Source: Bacteroidales bacterium
Lineage (GTDB): Bacteria > Bacteroidota > Bacteroidia > Bacteroidales > UBA7960
Length of the DNA stretch: 43,883 nt
Direction: 5' to 3'
NCBI GenBank assembly: GCA_007135645.1
Contig: SLIL01000337.1
Span: forward strand, 1 to 43,883
Positions 1 to 9,509 of this stretch are shown here, piece by piece (the stretch's first letter is position 1; each line of letters opens with the position of its first letter). Position numbers and translations under genes: made by a program. The notes beneath the pieces were generated by a model. It made no database searches and had not been told where the DNA came from. It saw only the letters and a list, made by a program, of their open reading frames with translations.

Positions 1-73
1 ATGGTGTTGAAATTAAATATTGTCAATTCAAATTTTGCTGTATAAGGGGTGTTGGTAATCAAAATTAGGAAAA

Positions 74-1399
74 CTATCTGAATATTAGCCTGTCTTTATT
101 GCCAAAGATATCATAGGAAGAAACAACAACCTGCTCCCCGGGCATAAGACCCTCCAATACCTCATAGTGATGAATGTTCTGCCGGCCTATACGTATCCTT
201 CTTTTGGTTGCCTGGTTGCCCGATGGGTCGAGTACGTATATCCAGTTGCCTCCGGTGGCCTGGTAAAAACCTCCCCTGGGTATGGTCACTGCGTCGGCAA
301 CACCGCTGAATTCAAGTCTTAGCTGAATGGTTTGACCCCGTCTGATCCCATTGGGTACACTATCTGTAAAGAATAGATCCACCTCAAAGGCTCCTGCAGA
401 AATATTGCTGTAGATCTTTTGTATCTCCAGCTGGTAGCTCTGGCCGCCATATTCAAACTGTGCCCGTTGCCCCAGGTGGGTGCGGTTTACGTAGCGCTCA
501 TCAATACGTGCCCTCAGCTTAAATCCGTCAAGCACATCGATCTGGCCCAGATTCTCGCCAGAATGCCGCGTTTCTCCGATCTCCGGATGGAAAGATGAGA
601 GTTGGCCTGAAATTGGGGCCGTAATGGTTAGGTTCTTAAGAGTTTCATTGAGCATCTGCAGGTTTTCCTGCATACGATCAATGGACTCCTTGATCTGTAC
701 CATCTGGGTTTGGGTGTAGATTGAATCGTGTTGCATGGCACGGTAGGCAATGTCGTAGCGCCGGTTGGCAAAACGGTATTCCCGTTCGGTCTGTTCAAAT
801 TCCTCTGATGAGATATGGCCATGCTCGTACAACCCTTTTTTACGCCTGAAATCGGTAGTAGCTACTTCTTTCTGGTACTCCAGGTCAGCCATCTGGCGCT
901 CAAGGGTAAATTTGTTGCGCTCCAGGTTCAGGCGTGTGTTCTGGTAATTATTTAAAACCTCAAGGGCCTGGTTTTCCTGAAACATATAGTCTTTCTCAAT
1001 GGTTGCATTGGAAAGGCGCAGGATGGGATCCCCCTTTTCTACAATGGCACCATCACGCACAAAGATCTCTTCTACCCGGCCTCCAAAAACAGCATCTACA
1101 AAAATAGTTACGATGGGTTGTACAACACCATCAACCGGGATAAATTCCTGAAAACTTCCCTGGTTTACTGTCGCAATGGTTACCCTTTCTTTTTCCACAT
1201 ACAAACGGCTGCTTTTATCGCGTAAAAAAATGAGGTAAAATATAAAAACAGCCAACAAGCCAGCTCCGGTAAGTGATAGAATTCTGGTTGTTGTCCATTT
1301 TTTCTTTTTGATGATACGATCCATAATATATTTTTTGCTTTTTGAGCTGACATAATCCAAATTTATGCCATTGACATTAAGTATTTGCTTGTCAGGCAT
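74..1399 (-). CDS. HlyD-family periplasmic adaptor (membrane-fusion) subunit of an efflux/ABC exporter
   Basis: 441-aa ORF. It has a single N-terminal TM segment (LTGAGLLAVFIFYLIFL), a lipoyl-like hairpin motif (GGRVEEIFVRDGAIVEKGDPILRL), a long coiled-coil middle and a beta-rich C-terminus, which is the typical HlyD/MacA layout. An alternative start exists at Met26. Confidence 0.8.
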   Translation of the reverse strand: MPDKQILNVNGINLDYVSSKSKKYIMDRIIKKKKWTTTRILSLTGAGLLAVFIFYLIFLRDKSSRLYVEKERVTIATVNQGSFQEFIPVDGVVQPIVTIFVDAVFGGRVEEIFVRDGAIVEKGDPILRLSNATIEKDYMFQENQALEVLNNYQNTRLNLERNKFTLERQMADLEYQKEVATTDFRRKKGLYEHGHISSEEFEQTEREYRFANRRYDIAYRAMQHDSIYTQTQMVQIKESIDRMQENLQMLNETLKNLTITAPISGQLSSFHPEIGETRHSGENLGQIDVLDGFKLRARIDERYVNRTHLGQRAQFEYGGQSYQLEIQKIYSNISAGAFEVDLFFTDSVPNGIRRGQTIQLRLEFSGVADAVTIPRGGFYQATGGNWIYVLDPSGNQATKRRIRIGRQNIHHYEVLEGLMPGEQVVVSSYDIFGNKDRLIFR

Positions 1400-1647
1400 C
1401 TAAGGGTGTTTCTCGTTTTTTTACCGGTTGGGGTTGTTCGTTTGCGGTCACTTTCTGTTCTAAAACCGAACAGGTGTTTTGGCCTGTTTTTAATTAAGTG
1501 TTATACACAAAAAAGAGTAAATATAATAAATTACATTTGAAGGTACGATAATTGAACAATCAATAATCGTTTAAAACAAAAGCACAAAAACAGCAATCTG
1601 TTCTAAGATGGATTGTTATTTTTGTATGCCCGTATCTTATTCATGAG

Positions 1648-4600
1648 ATGAAGGAAAAAAGGATAAAAAAGGAGGAGTTGATCCTGCAACTTGCACAAAG
1701 TCTTTCCCAAGCCGTTGATCATTCACAGGAAGAAAAAGTGAAGATGGGTCTGGGTTTGTTGGGAGATTATTTTCAGGCTAACAGGGTGTTTCTGTTCTTT
1801 TACGATCCTAACCAACAAACCTTTTCGCTTGCACATGAATGGTTTGCCGGAAATGACTATTCCCTAAAAGATTCACTGCAGTTGCTTAGCTGCCGTGACT
1901 ATAAAATCTGGGGACATTTTGAACACAGAAAAAGTTGCTTTGGAATTCCCAATACCGGAAACCTGCCCGATAGTTATCCCTTTGACAGCAAGCTTTTCCA
2001 GGATACCCATACCAGGGTGTTTATGCAAAAGCTTTTGTCTTTTGATGGGCATAAACTCGGATTTATTGCAGTTTCAGGACAAAACCCTGAGATTTCCTGG
2101 GATGATGAATCTGTTTTGTTGCTGGATAGCTGTGGAGAGATCCTCAAATCGCTGATTGCCGATTTGGCCTTCAGGCACAGTCGTGAGCAGGTAGATAATG
2201 ACCAGAAAAAATCCTCCGAAATTCTTTTTAAAACCGGCCAGGAAGATATTGTTGAAAAGCTGGAAGTTTTGCTCAACGATCTGCAATGTGGTATTGCTGT
2301 TGTTGATCTTGCTGATCAGGCAATTGTGTTTATGAACACAAGGTGCAGGGACTTGTTTGGGATTGCCAACCAAAAGCTACCTGAGCTTGAACATCTTTTC
2401 AAGGTTTTTAAGGCCAACGGGTACAATAGCCATGACTTTTTCTCTATGGCCTCACATGGTAAAGTAAAGGACTTTACTCTGAACCACATTGACCGATGCC
2501 TTAATGGTACGGTCATACCATCGAAAAAAGGGATGCAGGTGGTAGTAAGTGTAAATGATATTACCCCCCTTGCAAACTATGAGAAAGCCGAGAAAAGCTT
2601 TAATGCCAGGCTCAAATTAATCAGTGAAACAGCCATTGAGTTGATATCTCAACATGCTGATGCTCAAAAATTAAATCAGTTGATTGGTGATACTGCCTTT
2701 AAGCTGGTGAATAACTCCATTATTTTTCTTTCCCGGTTTAATCCGGATGGTTCGTACCTGGAGACCGTTTATGTTAAAGGTATCTCATATCCCATGGAAG
2801 TGCTGGCTAAGTTCATAGGCAAGCACCCTATGGAGATGAAATACCCCGTAAGACGCGATAGTGAAAACTATAATGTGATGATCAGTTCAAGGGTTAAGGA
2901 GTTAAAAAATGGGATTGCAGAACTATCGTTGGGCGAGATCAGTGAGTCGGTTGCTGTAAAGATTGAGAAGCAACTTGGTGTGTCGAAAATATTTGTTTGC
3001 GGTCTTTTTACCGAAAATGAGTTGTATGGAACAATTGCCTTCCTCTGCAGGCAAGGAGCTGAAATCAATCACTATATCCTGGAGACTTATGCCCGTACTG
3101 TAACCAATGCATTGAGCATTATAGAAATGGGCAATACCCTGGTAAAAACATCCTTAATGCTTTCCGAAGCACTAAAAATTGCAAAAGTGGGCTACTGGGA
3201 GTTTGATTTTAAATCCAGGAAACTTACCCTGACACGCAAATTATACCAGATACTTGAACCTGAGCTGGCAAAAAATACCACCGGTGATTATTTTTATTTA
3301 GACCTGGATGAAGTTCTGGCAAAGTATGTCAGCAAGAAGAATGATGTTTCTTTTATTCGGGAAACGGTTAGTCAACTGGCAAAAGCTGGCAAAGATGATA
3401 ATAAAATAATTACCCATGAGTTTCAGATTGAATCATCTGCGGGTGAAACCTATTATATTTTCGTGAGGGGTGTTCTGCAGAATGATCACAAGATTGTGGG
3501 TATGGCACAGAATATCACAGAGACCAAAAGGGTAGAAAAGAAATTGTGGGAAAGTGAGTTGAAGTTTCAAGGCCTGGTGGAGCAGTCTATGGATTCCATT
3601 GTAGTGGTGAAAGACGATGGAGTGGTAATTGAATGGAACTCAAGCGCAGAAAAAATTACTGGTATTAAATCTTCCGATGCTATTGGATTATTTGCCTGGC
3701 AAGTTGAGTCAGAATTGTTATTTAACCCTGAGCTCAACAAGCACCATCCCCAGCAATTACCCGAAAAATTAAAGAACCGGTTTTTCAGCTTTTTCAATTC
3801 TGGGTTCTCAGGTAGTCCGCAACAATCAGAAATAACCATTCGCAATAGAAATAATGAGGTAAGGCATTTGCTGGTTTCCAGCTTTATTTTTAATGCCGGG
3901 AATAACCGGTTTCTCTGCCGTATCTCCAAAGATATTACCCTGGAAAGAGAAAAGCTGGAGCAGGAAAAACAAAATGAGATCAGACAAAGAACAGCCAAAG
4001 CAAAAGATCTGTTTCTGGATAACATGAGCCATGAAATGCGTACTCCCCTGGGTGGGATCATTGGTATGACCGACCTGCTTCTCAATACGGAGCTTTCTGA
4101 GCAGCAAATTGATATGTTGAATGTGGTGAAGGAATCTTCTGATACCCTGCTTGAACTCATTAGCAATATCAATGATCTGTCGAGGCTGGAAGCTGACGGG
4201 GTTGTCCTGAGGAAAGCTCCTTTCAGTATTAGTCTGCTTCTGGAGAGGCTGGTGGCAATCTTCAGGGCAGTTTCCGTGCAAAAGGGTGTTGAAATCAGAT
4301 ATGTGAACAATACCCCGGCCGGGTATCTGTTTGTTGGAGATGAGTTTCGTTTGAGGCAACTTCTGGGCAATCTTCTGGGGAATGCTGTTAAGTTTACTCC
4401 TCCCGGCGGTGAGGCAGAGATCAGGGCTGATCTGCTGAAACAGGAGGATGGAACTGCTGATCTGGAATTCAGAGTAACAGATACAGGTATTGGTATTCCA
4501 AAGGAAAGGATTCCGGGGCTATTTGAAAAATTCAGCCAGATTGATGATTCCTACACCCGGGAATATGATGGTGCAGGGATTGGTTTATTTATCTGCCAGG

Positions 4601-4704
4601 AGCTGGTTAAATTAATGGAGGGCGAAATAGAGGTAACCAGTGAAATGGGGAAGGGTTCTCTATTCAAAGTAAGGGTAAGAATGCCTCTACAAAAAGATGA
4701 GTAA
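1648..4704 (+). CDS. large soluble multi-sensor histidine kinase (GAF-like and PAS-like modules + HisKA + HATPase_c), no receiver domain
   Basis: 1018-aa ORF. The C-terminus carries an H-box (FLDNMSHEMRTPLGGIIGM), N-box (LLGNLLGNAVKFT), G1 (VTDTGIGIP) and G2 (GAGIGLFICQELVKLMEG). A PAS-like segment (LVEQSMDSIVVVKDDGVVIEWNSSAEKITG) lies upstream. No obvious TM helix. Confidence 0.88.
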   Translation: MKEKRIKKEELILQLAQSLSQAVDHSQEEKVKMGLGLLGDYFQANRVFLFFYDPNQQTFSLAHEWFAGNDYSLKDSLQLLSCRDYKIWGHFEHRKSCFGIPNTGNLPDSYPFDSKLFQDTHTRVFMQKLLSFDGHKLGFIAVSGQNPEISWDDESVLLLDSCGEILKSLIADLAFRHSREQVDNDQKKSSEILFKTGQEDIVEKLEVLLNDLQCGIAVVDLADQAIVFMNTRCRDLFGIANQKLPELEHLFKVFKANGYNSHDFFSMASHGKVKDFTLNHIDRCLNGTVIPSKKGMQVVVSVNDITPLANYEKAEKSFNARLKLISETAIELISQHADAQKLNQLIGDTAFKLVNNSIIFLSRFNPDGSYLETVYVKGISYPMEVLAKFIGKHPMEMKYPVRRDSENYNVMISSRVKELKNGIAELSLGEISESVAVKIEKQLGVSKIFVCGLFTENELYGTIAFLCRQGAEINHYILETYARTVTNALSIIEMGNTLVKTSLMLSEALKIAKVGYWEFDFKSRKLTLTRKLYQILEPELAKNTTGDYFYLDLDEVLAKYVSKKNDVSFIRETVSQLAKAGKDDNKIITHEFQIESSAGETYYIFVRGVLQNDHKIVGMAQNITETKRVEKKLWESELKFQGLVEQSMDSIVVVKDDGVVIEWNSSAEKITGIKSSDAIGLFAWQVESELLFNPELNKHHPQQLPEKLKNRFFSFFNSGFSGSPQQSEITIRNRNNEVRHLLVSSFIFNAGNNRFLCRISKDITLEREKLEQEKQNEIRQRTAKAKDLFLDNMSHEMRTPLGGIIGMTDLLLNTELSEQQIDMLNVVKESSDTLLELISNINDLSRLEADGVVLRKAPFSISLLLERLVAIFRAVSVQKGVEIRYVNNTPAGYLFVGDEFRLRQLLGNLLGNAVKFTPPGGEAEIRADLLKQEDGTADLEFRVTDTGIGIPKERIPGLFEKFSQIDDSYTREYDGAGIGLFICQELVKLMEGEIEVTSEMGKGSLFKVRVRMPLQKDE

Positions 4705-4712
4705 ACCAACTG

Positions 4713-5465
4713 TTACCATTGGGCAGGAATTACCTCTCCGCTTCCTGTTTTATCAAGAATAGTGACTTCAGGTTCTCCCACAAAAACCACATTACCTGCA
4801 CTGCGCAATTCCACATCCAGCACTTTTTGGGCATTTACCCAAAAGTCAGCAATCCCGAAGTGATTCACATAAACATGCCTGGCTTGAAATTCTTCCGCCC
4901 TGACAGGTGCAGTACTCCCTGAAACCAGACCAAAATAATCAGCCTCTCCGGTCAGTGTAACTTTGGCTCCTCCGGTGTCATAGTGCATACGAAAGTGCTT
5001 ACATTCCACATGAAGCCGGATCTCTCCATAACCTTTATGCACATTAAGATGGAAGGATGTTTCCGAAACGATGATTCCATTGCTTTCAATCAGCCCAAAT
5101 CCATAATAGAATAACGTTTTAAGGTTATCAGTATATAAATGTGCCTCTACAGGATGATTGAAACTTCTTACCCAGTTGCAGTTGTTGTTGTTTCTTAATG
5201 TCAGAACAGTATCTGTTTTTTTTGCCTCAATCTTATCCATAAGGTTGCTACCTGCTTTCAGGATCAATCGTTGGCTGGTATCAGGATAAATATACAGGTC
5301 AATATTGTCATGCAGCCGGATGGTGGTGATGCCCTCAAAAGAGAATTCTTCAGAAACAAGTTCTCCTGTGTTCTTAAAGCAATCTCCCATATCGATGCTT
5401 TCGCATGACACCATGAGCAGTGCAAGCACGATTAGAAGACATCTTTTGGATATGGTAGCTGCCAT
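4713..5465 (-). CDS. lipoprotein with GIN / DUF2807-like (autotransporter-adhesin-head-like) beta-helix domain
   Basis: 250-aa ORF with a lipobox (LALLMVSCES). The repetitive beta-strand pattern and a C-terminal ELRSAGNVVFVGEPEVTILDKTGSGEV segment resemble DUF2807 proteins. The family assignment is from memory, not from an alignment. Confidence 0.5.
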   Translation of the reverse strand: MAATISKRCLLIVLALLMVSCESIDMGDCFKNTGELVSEEFSFEGITTIRLHDNIDLYIYPDTSQRLILKAGSNLMDKIEAKKTDTVLTLRNNNNCNWVRSFNHPVEAHLYTDNLKTLFYYGFGLIESNGIIVSETSFHLNVHKGYGEIRLHVECKHFRMHYDTGGAKVTLTGEADYFGLVSGSTAPVRAEEFQARHVYVNHFGIADFWVNAQKVLDVELRSAGNVVFVGEPEVTILDKTGSGEVIPAQW

Positions 5466-5492
5466 AAGTTTTTTGATTTTAGCAATGCATCA

Positions 5493-6644
5493 TTAAAACA
5501 CATAACCAACACCCCATTCAATCGTTTCGGCTTTAAAGAAATGGGTTTTGAGGGTAAGGTTAAGCAAGAAATTTCTGTAAACGTTGTAGCGAAACCCGGC
5601 CCGGTGATAATAGATGGTTTCGCTGAAGCTGTGCTTGTCATAAATATACACTCCTTTTTGAATGATAAAAGCCATACGGGAAAAGTCCTGCTGGAATGCC
5701 ATGTGCAAACCGTGCAGGGAGAAAAAACCGGTCTGATCAAATTCGCCGGGAAGTTTAATTCGGTGTTCGCTTCTGAAAAAATCATAGCCGGCACCCAGTC
5801 GCACTTTTCTGCCAATGGGGTAAGTCGCTGTTGTATTGAGCGACATTCTCCTGTTTAATACACTCCCGGGTGGATAGGATGCACTGATCCCTCCGGTGGC
5901 CAAAAAAACCAACGCAGGTTTTCTTTCGTGGGGCAACTCCGGAAAATCAACTGCATCTCTTGCCTCTGGCAGGAAGTTCCACGCCAGTGCCAGTTTCAAT
6001 CCCGGAATATTGATCCCCTTGTTGGGTGTTTTTACCCTCCCGTTGCTGAAGTGGGTCAGCGATACACCGGAAATAAATGTTAATCCAGGATAAAAATCCC
6101 ACCTCGATTCCAGGGACATGTTCAGTGCAATGTTGAAATGCGACCCGATGGCGTTGTTGCGAAAATTATCGGCCAGGTCAAATACCCTTGTTACATATGC
6201 CATTCCCAGCCCATGCCTTGCGTAGACGCCAAACCGGTCGCTTCCGGTTATCCTGAAAAGCACATGCGGGAACAGGGCATACGCCTCTCCTAATACCTCG
6301 GGGTAAGCCAGCTGTGTGTAAAGGAAGTTCAGACCCATTTCAGGAAAATCGTACACCTGGTGCCAGGCAAACTGCCCTTTTGCCTTACCCGATAAAGCAA
6401 AGTGATGCATAACAAAATGACCTTTGGTCAAATGTCGCATGGTGGATTGGTGAGGTGCCACAAATCCACCATGAGCAGCATAGTCGATACGGTTAAGGAA
6501 AAAACTGTGCTGCCCCTGCGAAATGTTCAGAAAAGCGAAGATCAGCACAGACGAAAGTAGAAGAATCCTTCTCACACCTGGTCTTGTCCGCGAGGTTAGC
6601 AGACTTGCCAGGGTGTTTTTTATCTTAGGATTTACTGTATTCAT
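5493..6644 (-). CDS. PagL-like acyloxyacyl hydrolase / lipid A deacylase-family outer-membrane beta-barrel
   Basis: 383-aa ORF with an N-terminal signal-like segment. It contains the HFSNG motif (SLTHFSNGRVKTPNKG), matching the His-x-Ser-Asn catalytic signature of PagL-type deacylases. It has alternating beta-strand character and ends in an aromatic residue (GYVF). Confidence 0.6.
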   Translation of the reverse strand: MNTVNPKIKNTLASLLTSRTRPGVRRILLLSSVLIFAFLNISQGQHSFFLNRIDYAAHGGFVAPHQSTMRHLTKGHFVMHHFALSGKAKGQFAWHQVYDFPEMGLNFLYTQLAYPEVLGEAYALFPHVLFRITGSDRFGVYARHGLGMAYVTRVFDLADNFRNNAIGSHFNIALNMSLESRWDFYPGLTFISGVSLTHFSNGRVKTPNKGINIPGLKLALAWNFLPEARDAVDFPELPHERKPALVFLATGGISASYPPGSVLNRRMSLNTTATYPIGRKVRLGAGYDFFRSEHRIKLPGEFDQTGFFSLHGLHMAFQQDFSRMAFIIQKGVYIYDKHSFSETIYYHRAGFRYNVYRNFLLNLTLKTHFFKAETIEWGVGYVF

Positions 6645-6845
6645 AGAGGCAAAGATAGTTTTTTGAACCTGATTTCTTTGAATTAAATACGATCGATATT
6701 TGTTAAATTTTCAGTGAATGGGGGTGTCTGAGGCATTCCTGGTTAAACAGTGCTGGGGCAGGTTGGTTAAGGCAGCACAGTCGGGATCATGCCACAAAAA
6801 CTTTTCCGGTTACCAAATGTTCTCTTTGAGGTTTTTATTGTTTGT

Positions 6846-6853
6846 TACCTTTG
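6846..6853 (+). promoter_or_regulatory. candidate Bacteroidota sigma-A -7 box (TACCTTTG = TAnnTTTG) for mazG
   Basis: TACCTTTG lies 23 nt upstream of the ATG at 6876. A TTTG element (6824..6827) sits about 18 nt further upstream, which fits the TTTG / TAnnTTTG Bacteroides promoter consensus. Confidence 0.35.
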
Positions 6854-6875
6854 CAGAAAATTTAATTACTACCCT

Positions 6876-7658
6876 ATGGAAAATTCCCGATTAAAGGCTT
6901 TTGGGCACTTGCTTGACATTATGGACGAACTCAGGGCAAAATGCCCATGGGACAAGAAGCAAACCATCGAAAGCCTCAGGCACCTTACCATTGAAGAGAC
7001 CTATGAATTGGCCGATGCCATCCTGGAAGAGGATATGGATGAAATAAAAAAAGAACTGGGAGATCTTATGCTCCATATTGTTTTTTATGCCAAAATAGCT
7101 GAAGAGAAGCAAGCATTCGACATACAAGACGTGCTGGAAGGGATCAATGAAAAACTCATCAACAGGCATCCGCACATTTATGGTGATGTGAAGGTCAAAG
7201 ATGATGAAGAGGTGAAAGAAAACTGGGAAAAGATCAAAATGAAGGAGGGAAAGAAAACAGTGTTGTCAGGGGTGCCTGCTTCACTTCCCGCCATGGTAAA
7301 AGCCTACCGTATCCAGGATAAGGCCCGGGGTGTGGGGTTTGACTGGGAAAAGCCACACCAGGTATGGGATAAAGTGCAGGAAGAACTCAATGAACTGAAG
7401 CAGGAGGTGGAAAAGCAGGCCTCGCCCCAAAAGATCGAGGAAGAATTTGGGGATCTGCTTTTTGCCCTTATCAATTATGCCCGGTTCATTGACGTTAACC
7501 CTGAAAATGCTCTTGAGCGTACCAACAAGAAATTCATCAGAAGATTCAACTACCTGGAAGAGAAGACCAATGCAGCCAACAGAGACATGCATAAAATGTC
7601 GCTTGATGAAATGGATGTATTCTGGAACGAGGCAAAAGGAATGGAGGAAAAAAAGTAA
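6876..7658 (+). CDS. mazG: nucleoside triphosphate pyrophosphohydrolase MazG
   Basis: Tandem MazG domains with EExxE/D motifs (LTIEETYELADAILEED, and EEEFGDLLFALINYARF). The N-terminus MENSRLKAFGHLLDIMDELRAKCPWDKKQT is typical of MazG. The tracked ORF starts at 6789, but Met30 (6876) gives the conserved length and sits behind the promoter box. Confidence 0.9.
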   Translation: MENSRLKAFGHLLDIMDELRAKCPWDKKQTIESLRHLTIEETYELADAILEEDMDEIKKELGDLMLHIVFYAKIAEEKQAFDIQDVLEGINEKLINRHPHIYGDVKVKDDEEVKENWEKIKMKEGKKTVLSGVPASLPAMVKAYRIQDKARGVGFDWEKPHQVWDKVQEELNELKQEVEKQASPQKIEEEFGDLLFALINYARFIDVNPENALERTNKKFIRRFNYLEEKTNAANRDMHKMSLDEMDVFWNEAKGMEEKK

Positions 7659-7695
7659 ACTACATGCCAGTAGTTTCCTTCTTGCTTTTTTCTTC
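7657..7695. terminator. weak bidirectional hairpin between convergent mazG and serpin genes
   Basis: AAACTAC-ATGCCA-GTAGTTT (7657..7676). It is followed by T-rich sequence on the plus strand and by ACTTTTTTT on the minus strand. The stem is AT-rich and only 7 bp. Confidence 0.4.
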
Positions 7696-7737
7696 TGCTA
7701 ATAAGGTTCTCTCCTTAATATTGCGCATTTTACCAGG

Positions 7738-9039
7738 CTATTCATTCCCTGTAAACTGACCAATAAATAATGGTGTCTGAAATCTGTTTTCCTTCAAAAT
7801 AAAAAGGAAAGGCCTGTCAGCATTAAATCGCTTGGGCAGCTTAGGTTCAGGATCAAATGCAACCGAGGTGGTAACGATTACTATGGCTGTTGCTGCCGCA
7901 GCTTCAGAACCTTCCTCGTCTATCTCAAAGAATACTTTTTGCAGGATATCGCTGATCTCCAGATCCCTCTCACCGCTTATCCCTGAAAGATCGGCATGGA
8001 AATCAAATGCATCTGTAAGGCCGGCATTCCTGAGCGGTTCAACCAGCGAAAACGTCGATTCAATTTTATAGCTGGGAATCTCTATGATCACTTCCTCATT
8101 TCGCAGGTTTTCAATAATGTGCCGGTAGGTTTCTCCATCAGGCACATAATTGCTGATGTTTTCCACTACCTCCCTGTTTGGGCGTATCATCAGCAACGAC
8201 AGATCGGGTGTGGTATAAGGAAGCTCAATGGCAATAAAATCTTCATTCTCAAACCAAGGGATCCCTTCTTTGCGCTGGTTCATGAAATCAGTGCGCATGG
8301 TAGCGCCTGAAGGGAGTCTGAAATCCTTTTCACGGGTAAGCTCCTTATTGAAAGGATATTTCCAGTCTGATTTGATGTAAAGTGCATTGACAAGTACCAG
8401 CCTGGTTAGATCATCCAGTGATCCTGTTGGAATAAGATCCCTGATCCGGTTGCGGGTTTGTTCTTCTACCCAGCTGTTGATCCGGTTCTCAGCCTGGAGG
8501 GGAAAATTGCGGAAATCAGTTTTTTCAAAAGCTCCGCCATGCCAGTTCATTACCTGGTCAACAAACTCATCCAGTACCGGGTAACTTTGCTCAAGAAACA
8601 CCCTGTTGGCAAGATTGAAATCGGTAAGGGTATCCTTTCCAATGTTGAGGATCTCCGTCATGTAGGCATGGTACAGTGGGTGAAACGTGTCATGATCCTG
8701 GTCGAATCCAAAAACATTGCTCATTTGTTGTTTTGTATTGCCCCTGGCCCCGGAATACACTATGGCCATTGCCATGTTGAGGGAAGCAGGCGAAAAGGCC
8801 AGGTTTTGATCAGCATTTTCACTGCTTAATTTTTTGTAAAGACCCAGTGAGAGGTCGTTCATATTTTTCAGCATTTTCATAACATTCTCATGATTTGTAC
8901 CCGGATCCATTTGTACTACACCTGTGGGTTTTCCATCTCCCGATCCTGAAGGGTCGTGTTCAGCAACGGTGCGTTTGCCCGAGCAAGAGAATATGATAAA
9001 AAGGGCGGCAACTATGCCGGAGATTGTTGCTTTCTTCAT
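7738..9039 (-). CDS. serpin-family serine protease inhibitor, lipoprotein
   Basis: 433-aa ORF with a lipobox (LFIIFSCSG). It has an inhibitory-type hinge (EEGSEAAAATA), the conserved C-terminal FNADRPFLFIL, and the N-terminal serpin motif NLAFSPASLNMAMAIVYSGARGNT. Confidence 0.9.
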   Translation of the reverse strand: MKKATISGIVAALFIIFSCSGKRTVAEHDPSGSGDGKPTGVVQMDPGTNHENVMKMLKNMNDLSLGLYKKLSSENADQNLAFSPASLNMAMAIVYSGARGNTKQQMSNVFGFDQDHDTFHPLYHAYMTEILNIGKDTLTDFNLANRVFLEQSYPVLDEFVDQVMNWHGGAFEKTDFRNFPLQAENRINSWVEEQTRNRIRDLIPTGSLDDLTRLVLVNALYIKSDWKYPFNKELTREKDFRLPSGATMRTDFMNQRKEGIPWFENEDFIAIELPYTTPDLSLLMIRPNREVVENISNYVPDGETYRHIIENLRNEEVIIEIPSYKIESTFSLVEPLRNAGLTDAFDFHADLSGISGERDLEISDILQKVFFEIDEEGSEAAAATAIVIVTTSVAFDPEPKLPKRFNADRPFLFILKENRFQTPLFIGQFTGNE

Positions 9040-9456
9040 GGGTAATAATTTATTGTTGGATTATTATTGTATTACTTTTTGTATGGTTGTTAATCAACAA
9101 CCATTCCATCTGTCCGAAATCCTGGTTTATTGATTTGATTATGCCATCCATAATGTTTCTGAATCCCGTGTTTTGATATTGACCGGGATCTGTTGACCAT
9201 ATTGTTTTGTGAATAATTCAGGTTAAAGATCTTTGATCATTCTTGTTGCCCTTTTCCAGCTGGCTATGTTTACATTTATTCTTCAGTCAAAGATAAATGG
9301 TTTCTTTAATAGATCCGGAATAGCTTGTGCAAAATTCAGTTCTGATTCTGAAGCTGCTTTTGTATATCGGTTTTATCCTCTTCTCTTAAGTCATCTTGTC
9401 CATTTTCATGATTCATAGATTTTTGTTTTCATTGTTTTTTGTTTGGAAAAAGGTTG

Positions 9457-9464
9457 TATTTTTG
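9457..9464 (+). promoter_or_regulatory. candidate -7 box (TATTTTTG) for gcvH
   Basis: A TAnnTTTG match lies 46 nt upstream of the gcvH ATG. Confidence 0.35.
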
Positions 9465-9509
9465 GCCCATTAAGAAAACATCAATAAACACTTTCAAAAA
9501 AACATCAAC

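Noticed and set aside
1-73. A possible start of another minus-strand gene just downstream of the HlyD gene. One frame is open to the window edge.
   Set aside because: There is no ATG, only a possible TTG. About 20 codons are visible and the sequence is not recognisable. That is too little to support a call.
1608-1646. A 12-codon upstream ORF (MDCYFCMPVSYS) ending 1 nt before the kinase start codon, and a repeated TCTGTTCTAA (1454 and 1597) in the same intergenic region.
   Set aside because: Both are short enough to arise by chance in AT-rich intergenic DNA. There is no supporting structure or known leader-peptide logic. I noted them but they are not reportable as features.
3567-4370. 267-aa and 177-aa ORFs antisense to the histidine kinase gene.
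   Set aside because: They lie entirely inside a gene with strong domain motifs on the other strand. Their translations are Ser/Leu/Arg-rich shadow sequence with no motifs.
6789-6875. N-terminal extensions offered by the ORF track for mazG (6789), the cyanophycinase (TTG at 39126), the SPOR lipoprotein (20851) and the DUF4834-like gene (13389).
   Set aside because: The extensions add non-conserved, hydrophobic or Cys-rich residues ahead of canonical N-termini or signal peptides. For the cyanophycinase, the extension would translate through a terminator hairpin. I preferred the internal ATG starts.
9040-9509. A glycine riboswitch upstream of gcvH.
   Set aside because: I could not find the paired conserved cores (GGAGAG ... 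ACCGAAGGGGCAA-type segments) on either strand. Glycine riboswitches usually precede gcvT operons rather than a lone gcvH.
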